Origin: a virus
Virus record (IMG/VR): IMGVR_UViG_3300027628_000003
Location: 1 to 64,000 of that record
Length of the DNA: 64,000 nucleotides
Strand: one strand, 5' to 3'
A program made the translations under genes and the position numbers. The notes beneath the pieces are model-generated. The model did not search any database. It saw nothing but the letters and a program-made list of their open reading frames with translations, and was not told the DNA's origin. This document shows positions 58,633-64,000 of the stretch, one piece after another (within the stretch, counting starts at the first letter, position 1; every line of letters begins with the position of its first letter).

Positions 58633-59554
58633 CCTCCTCTAGTGCCAAGAATACCATAGAGAACGACAGATACTCTGCTAGGATAGCAGCAAATTGGTTA
58701 CGCATCAGCCAGTTCTTGAAGTAGCTGCTATCAAACTCTATAGGGTCATTTAGAGTCTTCTCTAGCTGATGACGGATTTCTGTATAGTCAAAGAATTTAA
58801 GGTTCATAATCTTGTTATTGATACCTAAACGCTTTAAATTATCTGGTTCGAAGATACGTGCATTAACCTTAGACTTCATTAACGCTTTCTTCACATCACC
58901 AGTGGCACCTAAGATGTGGTCAATGTGACCATATTTGTCCATCAGTGCTTTAGCTTTCTTCTCACCTATACCATGGATACCAATGATGTTATCTGAAGTA
59001 TCTCCCACTAATGCTCGATAACCAAGGTATGCTTCTCGTGTTACTCCAGTTTCATCATAGAAATCACTGATACCAATTACTCGGTCTTTATAAGGAGTAT
59101 ACACTGACACACGCTCATTGATGAGCTGTAGCATATCCTTATCACTTGAAACAATCATAACATCCTCTTGACTAAGCTCACAGAATGCATAGATTAAATC
59201 GTCTGCCTCATGCCCATCTAGTTTAATACTACGGACATTAACTTTGGGCAAAATCTCATTAAGCTCATTTAACTGATTGAATAGCCCTTCAAATCTTTCC
59301 TTTTCCTCAGGGTCATCCCCATAGCTACGGTTAGCTTTATACTCTGGATATAAATCTTTACGCCATTGGGCTTTACCACCGTCGAAACACACTAAACACT
59401 TAGTAGTCTCTGGAAATCTCTCTAAATATACCTTAAGAGATTTAAGAACTCCCATCATAACTCCAGTAGGTTTACCATCTTTCCTAGATAAACTACCTGC
59501 TGGTGTGTGAAATGCACGATATCCTATATTATTCCCATCAATTAATAGTAGCAT
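58622..59554 (-). CDS. 5'-3' exonuclease / flap endonuclease (Pol I N-terminal-domain type)
   Basis: 310 aa. MLLLIDGNNIGYRAFH, ...EADDLIY..., and H3TH GDTSDNIIGIHGIGEKKA. Confidence 0.85.
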   Translation of the reverse strand: MLLLIDGNNIGYRAFHTPAGSLSRKDGKPTGVMMGVLKSLKVYLERFPETTKCLVCFDGGKAQWRKDLYPEYKANRSYGDDPEEKERFEGLFNQLNELNEILPKVNVRSIKLDGHEADDLIYAFCELSQEDVMIVSSDKDMLQLINERVSVYTPYKDRVIGISDFYDETGVTREAYLGYRALVGDTSDNIIGIHGIGEKKAKALMDKYGHIDHILGATGDVKKALMKSKVNARIFEPDNLKRLGINNKIMNLKFFDYTEIRHQLEKTLNDPIEFDSSYFKNWLMRNQFAAILAEYLSFSMVFLALEEDDE

Positions 59555-60090
59555 TATAATTCCTCCTGTTTTATAGAATAAGGATGGTGCTCAATCCTAG
59601 CCTTTTCTATGGCTTCCTTGGCATCTTTTTCATATAGGAAATATCCTATGTGCTTCTGAACCCCATTCACCTCTAGTTGAGCTTTCCATTTTTGTTTTTC
59701 CTTATTAAAGCTAACCCCACGTATTCCACTAGTATTATTAGAATTTCTACCTTTTCTGTTTTGCATGTTTTGTGCATTAGTTACAATTCTAAGGTTATCA
59801 TCTGTATTGTTTAATGTGTTGTTATCCCAGTGGTCTACCTTCAGCTTGTCTGGAAAATTCTTGATAACTCTGTGTAAATAAGCATAGGTAGTTTTGTCTT
59901 CACGCCTAACTCTACCAGCAGCATAGTGACTACCTACTTCAGCCTTATACTGGGCAATGATGGTGTATCCCCTATAGAATTCCTTAACCTTGTTCAGTTG
60001 AGAAGTATTTATAAGAGTCTCTAACACCTCCCCTTTGTATTTGAGGAATATTGCTGTTATGTCCCCTCTAACCTCATACTCATTCTTCAC
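59554..60090 (-). mobile_element. free-standing HNH homing endonuclease with AP2 DNA-binding domain
   Basis: 178 aa. HNH_3-type LHRVI...VDHWDNNTLNNTDDNLRIVTNAQNMQN. AP2-type SGIRGVSFNKEKQKWKAQLEVNGVQKHIGYFLYEKDAKEA. 1-nt overlap with the FEN gene. Confidence 0.8.
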
Positions 60091-60102
60091 TTCTGCACCT
60101 CC

Positions 60103-60585
60103 TTAAAGTGCTCTTCTATACTTCTTACGATACTCTTTTGCAGGCAGTAGGTCTACAATCTCATCTACCTTGTAGTTCTCTTCTAAGTCCATTCTAGCAT
60201 GTTGTTCAGTAACAGCATACAAGTTAATAGGATATTCCTCCCCATCCTTCTTGCATAGAGCAATAAACTTATCTCTGTTACTTCTGATAGCCTTAGCCTG
60301 TTCTGCATATTTCTCAATTGCAGGTGTGCCTTTAGGTATAGCGGGTTTAGGTCTAACATAAGCCTTACGTATATAAACAACATGAGCGTTCTTATCCCAT
60401 CTAAGGGATACACTACCGTCATGAGCCTGCTTACACAGTGCTCTGATTTTATCTCTTACCCATACTAGACGCAAACCCTTCTCAATTATGTGGGTATAAT
60501 CGTATTCCCCTGTTGTCTCAAGGGCTTTAAGGATTTCATCATTCCAATGGGTTTGCCATAATCTCTTTCTTCCTGCTTCTGCCAT
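60103..60585 (-). CDS. hypothetical protein
   Basis: Start moved to the ATG at 60585 (gaggtgattgag-ATG). Confidence 0.55.
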   Translation of the reverse strand: MAEAGRKRLWQTHWNDEILKALETTGEYDYTHIIEKGLRLVWVRDKIRALCKQAHDGSVSLRWDKNAHVVYIRKAYVRPKPAIPKGTPAIEKYAEQAKAIRSNRDKFIALCKKDGEEYPINLYAVTEQHARMDLEENYKVDEIVDLLPAKEYRKKYRRAL

Positions 60586-60599
60586 CTCAATCACCTCAC

Positions 60600-60635
60600 A
60601 AAAAATAAAAGAAAGGAGTCGAAAATCGACTCCTT
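60600..60635 (-). terminator. intrinsic terminator
   Basis: AAGGAGTCGA-ttt-TCGACTCCTT followed by TCTTTTATTTTTT. Confidence 0.8.
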
Positions 60636-60640
60636 AGGTC

Positions 60641-61462
60641 TTACTGACCTGTCAAGCGTTGTAAGGTCTGAATAATCTCACTCGCCTTACCTTTCGTAAT
60701 AACAATCTCACCATTCTCTACTAAAGTTAATCCATCGTAGGTGTGAGAAACTCCTTTATTCATAGCTGTAACTAACAGCTTCTTAATAAAGCCAATCTGA
60801 CCTTGGGTAGCCTTATCGCTTAACCATGCAGGAGCATCAGACTTTTTATAGTTAGACTGTGATTCTCTTGGTGTTACGTCTACTTCAATATACTTTCTAC
60901 TAGCTAAGTAGTCACACATGTGAACATGTAGTTGGGCTTTAGTTTTAGGAATGTCCATGATTTCCTTACCTTCTTTATCTGTATTCCAAATACCCATGTG
61001 TGTCTCAATCATATCACAAACAAGACTCCATGTCTCCTCAATAGCTTTCACACTACCAATACTGTCAACCTCACTTTTAAGAGGATTTAGGGCTTCACGT
61101 ACTAATAGAGGATGTTCAGCTACAGTGTGTGTACCAGCTGTCCCCTGCTTTAAGCAGTCATGCAGAAGTATCGCTACACGTATCATGTCCTTCTCTTTAT
61201 CACTGAATGGGGAGTATAACTTATGTTCCAGTAATTCTTCAGAAATACGGAATACTGCTTTTACGTGCCTAACAAGTCCTGCTAGACCTAAGCTACTTTT
61301 TGGGTGATACTTTCCACTAGAAGATGCAGGCACATACCAGAAGTAGTCAGGGGCATTTTGTAATCCGTGCAGTGCTAGGAATTTACATACACTATCACTA
61401 ATGCATCCTAGTTCATACGCAAACTCATGGTCTACATCTACAAATTGTTTAATCTCGTTCAT
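60641..61462 (-). CDS. HD-domain metal-dependent phosphohydrolase
   Basis: 273 aa with the H...HD signature (LVRHVKAVF ... VAILLHDCLK). Confidence 0.75.
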   Translation of the reverse strand: MNEIKQFVDVDHEFAYELGCISDSVCKFLALHGLQNAPDYFWYVPASSSGKYHPKSSLGLAGLVRHVKAVFRISEELLEHKLYSPFSDKEKDMIRVAILLHDCLKQGTAGTHTVAEHPLLVREALNPLKSEVDSIGSVKAIEETWSLVCDMIETHMGIWNTDKEGKEIMDIPKTKAQLHVHMCDYLASRKYIEVDVTPRESQSNYKKSDAPAWLSDKATQGQIGFIKKLLVTAMNKGVSHTYDGLTLVENGEIVITKGKASEIIQTLQRLTGQ

Positions 61463-61527
61463 ATAAATATCTCTCCCTTTTCAAAAGTATTAGCAGGTGG
61501 TTGCCCACCTGCTTGTAGTCCTAGGTA

Positions 61528-62463
61528 TTACTTTCTGCGGTTCTTACGTGCTGCTAGTTTTGCTGCAATCTCAGCTGATAGGTCATCCCCATCACCGTCA
61601 CTAGAGCCTTCAGATTCAGAGTTTTCCTCTTCCTCTTCCTTCTCTTCTTTTTCCACCTTAACTTTCTTAGAGTCTTTCTTAGGCTTGTCGTCTTCCTCTT
61701 CCTCTTCTTCCTTCTCACCCTCTTCAGGCTCTTCACCATTAAGGATAGCTTCAATCTCATCATAAGACTTAGCTTTAGCTAGAGGGTTAAGGTCGTGAGA
61801 CTCTTCTTCCCAGTTATCGAAACCGATAGGAGACTCTTTACGTACAGACTTAACTTCGTACTTAGTGTTGAAGCCTGTACCAGATTTAGTGATAATGATA
61901 TCTAGACCTTCATCCTCATCAGTGATATCACCATACTCTGGATCAACGATAAGTGCTAGCAACGCCTTGTAGATTCCGATACCAGAACCAAACACTTTGA
62001 TAGGTGTTTCCTCTTCATCATCAGCGTTAAACCATTTTTCCTTACCATCTACTTCTTTCTTCTCAAATGTAGATAAATCGTCAGCACGGTCAATAACGTT
62101 GTAGTATACACGTGTCTTCTTGTTAAGCTCTCTAGCTAGTTTATCGAACTTGTCGTCCTTCTTCTTAGATAGCTTACGCATTTCAGCAACCACGTCACAT
62201 ACTGGACAAGGCTTGTTATCCCCATGAGTTTTAGGGCAGACTACCATTGTACCCTTCTTATTTTCCTCATTCTTATTCACACCAAAGTGTACGAATACCT
62301 CTTTAGCGAATACTCCATCACCTTTAGGTGGTAAGATACGGATAACATTACGTCCATCTTTAAGGTTAAGCCAGCTAATTCCACCGCCAGAACCACTACC
62401 TCCGCTATTGCTGTTTAACTCTGTTAATCTTGCTGCTAGTGCTGATACGTCTAATTTACCCAT
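61528..62463 (-). CDS. gp32-type single-stranded-DNA-binding protein
   Basis: 311 aa. CPKTHGDNKPCPVC fits the T4 gp32 zinc motif C-X3-H-X5-C-X2-C exactly. N-terminal basic segment and a long D/E tail (EEGEKEEEEEEDD...). Confidence 0.8.
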   Translation of the reverse strand: MGKLDVSALAARLTELNSNSGGSGSGGGISWLNLKDGRNVIRILPPKGDGVFAKEVFVHFGVNKNEENKKGTMVVCPKTHGDNKPCPVCDVVAEMRKLSKKKDDKFDKLARELNKKTRVYYNVIDRADDLSTFEKKEVDGKEKWFNADDEEETPIKVFGSGIGIYKALLALIVDPEYGDITDEDEGLDIIITKSGTGFNTKYEVKSVRKESPIGFDNWEEESHDLNPLAKAKSYDEIEAILNGEEPEEGEKEEEEEEDDKPKKDSKKVKVEKEEKEEEEENSESEGSSDGDGDDLSAEIAAKLAARKNRRK

Positions 62464-62499
62464 TAATAATTCCTCCTTGGGGCTAGTACGGTCAATGAC

Positions 62500-62871
62500 C
62501 TAGATTACGCCCATTAAATGTGTGATATTTTTGTTGTAACTCTTCAACACTTTACGCTTATTATCACTACGTAACAATAGCTTCAATGTTGATTCTCTAT
62601 GATTAAACGCTTCAAGAGTGGACTGTAAAGTATCTCTGTGCTCTACAGCTCTCTCATAACGTTCACCACCAATATTAAGGTCTTCAAGGTACTGCACATG
62701 ATTCTCAGCTACGTCATACAGGGTCTTCCACCACGCATACTTACTAGAGTGGTTTAGGACTTCCTGAAGGACATTAGAGCCATCTATAGATAACTCCTTC
62801 TGTAAATCCGCTTGGTACATCTTACCTTTTGGTAAGGCGATTCTTATAATCTTACGTGACATACTCATCAT
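62500..62871 (-). CDS. hypothetical protein
   Basis: 123 aa. Confidence 0.55.
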   Translation of the reverse strand: MMSMSRKIIRIALPKGKMYQADLQKELSIDGSNVLQEVLNHSSKYAWWKTLYDVAENHVQYLEDLNIGGERYERAVEHRDTLQSTLEAFNHRESTLKLLLRSDNKRKVLKSYNKNITHLMGVI

Positions 62872-62970
62872 ACCTTTCTGTCCTGAACGCCTTCACAATT
62901 ATTAAAGCAAGGCACACAATTTTTTCTCCACCATCTCTTAGTATCGTGGGGTTCAACAACCTGTTCGACA

Positions 62971-63008
62971 TAAAAAAAGGTCGGGAAACGTGAATCGTCT
63001 CCTGACCT
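62971..63008 (-). terminator. intrinsic terminator
   Basis: AGGTCAGGAG...CCCGACCT followed by TTTTTTTA. Confidence 0.65.
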
Positions 63009-63031
63009 ATAAACAAATGAAAAGCCCCCTA

Positions 63032-63334
63032 TCAATGAGGGAGCTTCTCTTCTTCTACTATTCTATTTAAATACAACTTGATACACGCCTTGTCAAAGGA
63101 GGTAACCTGTCGTTCATCAATCATTTTATCTAGTTCATCATTTATCTGCTCTAGTCTAAGGTTACAGTCAACCATCCTAGATGCCATTGTGACTGCTGCT
63201 AAGTACTGTCGATAGGGAGTGCCAAGTCTGGTAATTTCTATAGGCTCGTCAGATAATTTTAGTCCTAGTTGCCTAGCTAAGGCAACCCAGTCAACCTTAT
63301 CAAAATCTACATTATTAGGTATGTGTTCTAGCAT
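63032..63334 (-). CDS. hypothetical protein
   Basis: 100 aa. A terminator follows. Confidence 0.55.
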   Translation of the reverse strand: MLEHIPNNVDFDKVDWVALARQLGLKLSDEPIEITRLGTPYRQYLAAVTMASRMVDCNLRLEQINDELDKMIDERQVTSFDKACIKLYLNRIVEEEKLPH

Positions 63335-63471
63335 GTCTTTTTCTCTCCTTTTAGTACTATTTTGTCTACTACAAAACCCCTGCTAATCCAGTCTAGAACG
63401 TATTTCTCCGTACATGTGATTGTTGCCCCATTAGATTTATTAACCATTTCGTAAGTTTTGTCCTTGGTCAT
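63328..63471 (-). CDS. small ORF (47 aa)
   Basis: GAGGAGGAGAAACTAT-ATG. Reads MTKDKTYEMVNKSNGATITCTEKYVLDWISRGFVVDKIVLKGEKKTC. Its stop overlaps the next start (ATGCTAG). Below the track cutoff. Confidence 0.45.
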   Translation of the reverse strand: MTKDKTYEMVNKSNGATITCTEKYVLDWISRGFVVDKIVLKGEKKTC

Positions 63472-63562
63472 ATAGTTTCTCCTCCTCAAATTGAGTTTTG
63501 CCAAATTTTATCCTTTTTTCCACAGGAAAATTCCTCCGTGAGTTAGAGAACTACGTTCTGTA

Positions 63563-63596
63563 TACAAAAAAGAAGAAGGCTCTAACAAGCCTTCTC
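63563..63596 (-). terminator. intrinsic terminator overlapping the polymerase stop
   Basis: AGAAGGC-N8-GCCTTCT followed by TCTTTTTTG. Confidence 0.65.
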
Positions 63597-64000
63597 CCAG
63601 TAATCTAATGCAAATTTTGGTATTGGTGCACCGTTTTCTTCAGCTTTCTTATACTCTTTCTCTGCCTTAGCCTTTTTATCAGCTAACTCTTTCTGTAGGA
63701 AGCCATCCACTCCCTGCTCCTTAATATCCTCTATTGTACATTCAAATGAATGACCGTAGTTATATCCAATCTCCATCTCTGATAGGATTGGTACATCTCC
63801 CAAGAAGTTATAGAATTCATTGTATTCTGCTAGATTTTCCATAATATGTTTAACCTTAGTAGCTACTTCAACAACTTCATCTTTAGGACAATCAAGTACA
63901 ATACTATCATGTACTGTGATAACAATTCTGCTACGGTAGTCAGAGTTTTGCAACCAATCATTTAGTAGTATCAAGGACATCAATGTACAATCTGAACCTG
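63582..64000 (-). CDS. family-A DNA polymerase, C-terminal part (gene continues past the right edge)
   Basis: ITVHDSIVLDCP is the PolA motif C (HD). The frame stays open upstream to base 64000. A terminator overlaps the stop. Confidence 0.75.
   Translation of the reverse strand, partial: GSDCTLMSLILLNDWLQNSDYRSRIVITVHDSIVLDCPKDEVVEVATKVKHIMENLAEYNEFYNFLGDVPILSEMEIGYNYGHSFECTIEDIKEQGVDGFLQKELADKKAKAEKEYKKAEENGAPIPKFALDYWEKAC

Noticed and set aside
44762-60422. Same-strand nested ORFs 44762..44968, 47926..48138, 58086..58286 and 60183..60422, and also 1821..2111.
   Set aside because: They are out-of-frame and embedded in, or straddling, longer genes with recognisable domains or better starts. 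They have no independent translation signals.
61554-61763. 69-aa K/R-rich ORF on the coding strand inside the SSB gene.
   Set aside because: It is an alternative frame of the GAA/GAG-rich acidic tail of the gp32-like SSB. It is a low-complexity mirror artefact.
1-64000. Prophage or integrative element, plasmid, or host chromosomal island.
   Set aside because: No integrase, recombinase, att-like flanks, repressor switch or host housekeeping genes are seen. The uniform strand bias, phage replication and packaging genes, and the tRNA island fit a virulent phage genome segment.

Overview
This 64-kb window is a stretch of a large, low-GC, virulent tailed-phage genome of the Firmicute (Bacillus-like) type. 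The logic resembles SPO1: the phage encodes its own sigma-like factors, a tRNA island, a gp32-type SSB, family-A DNA polymerase, ligase and flap nuclease, and uses AAAGGAGG-class RBSs with genes chained by ATGA/TAATG overlaps. I call about 120 protein genes, all but five on the minus strand.

Layout from left to right:
- PhoH and a DUF4127-like/SLH wall-binding protein.
- A 2-kb ORF-free RNA island (4.06-6.07 kb). It holds two foldable tRNAs (Trp-CCA, Met/Ile2-CAT), one tRNA-shaped RNA whose anticodon loop is replaced by a UACG tetraloop, and decayed tRNA remnants.
- A sigma-like factor.
- A 932-aa polyvalent-type protein with two ParB-like domains.
- A long run of small accessory genes: three tandem lipoproteins, small membrane proteins and four tandem paralogues.
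- A G-tract repeat region (21.1-21.4 kb).
- The large terminase.
- An AT-rich divergent region.
- A 9-kb early, 'host-takeover'-style block (27.4-36.4 kb) built from repeated cassettes. Each cassette has near-identical strong promoters, a conserved leader, a conserved intercistronic UACG-tetraloop element, a dispersed GGTGG-box/palindrome repeat and paralogous genes.
- A 0.96-kb non-coding region with an iteron-like TCCGCT array.
- LamG/Ig-like structural genes.
- More small genes.
- A sirtuin plus UvrD-type helicase pair driven by the same early-type promoter.
- A zinc-ribbon/SLOG accessory block.
- A DNA-metabolism and replication module: dNK, Toprim, sigma-like factor, ATP ligase, FEN, HNH-AP2 endonuclease, HD hydrolase, gp32-like SSB and the PolA C-terminus, which runs off the right edge.

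I found no CRISPR array, integrase or rRNA. All functional calls come from motifs read by eye. Coordinates of hand-folded RNA and regulatory elements may be off by 1-2 nt.
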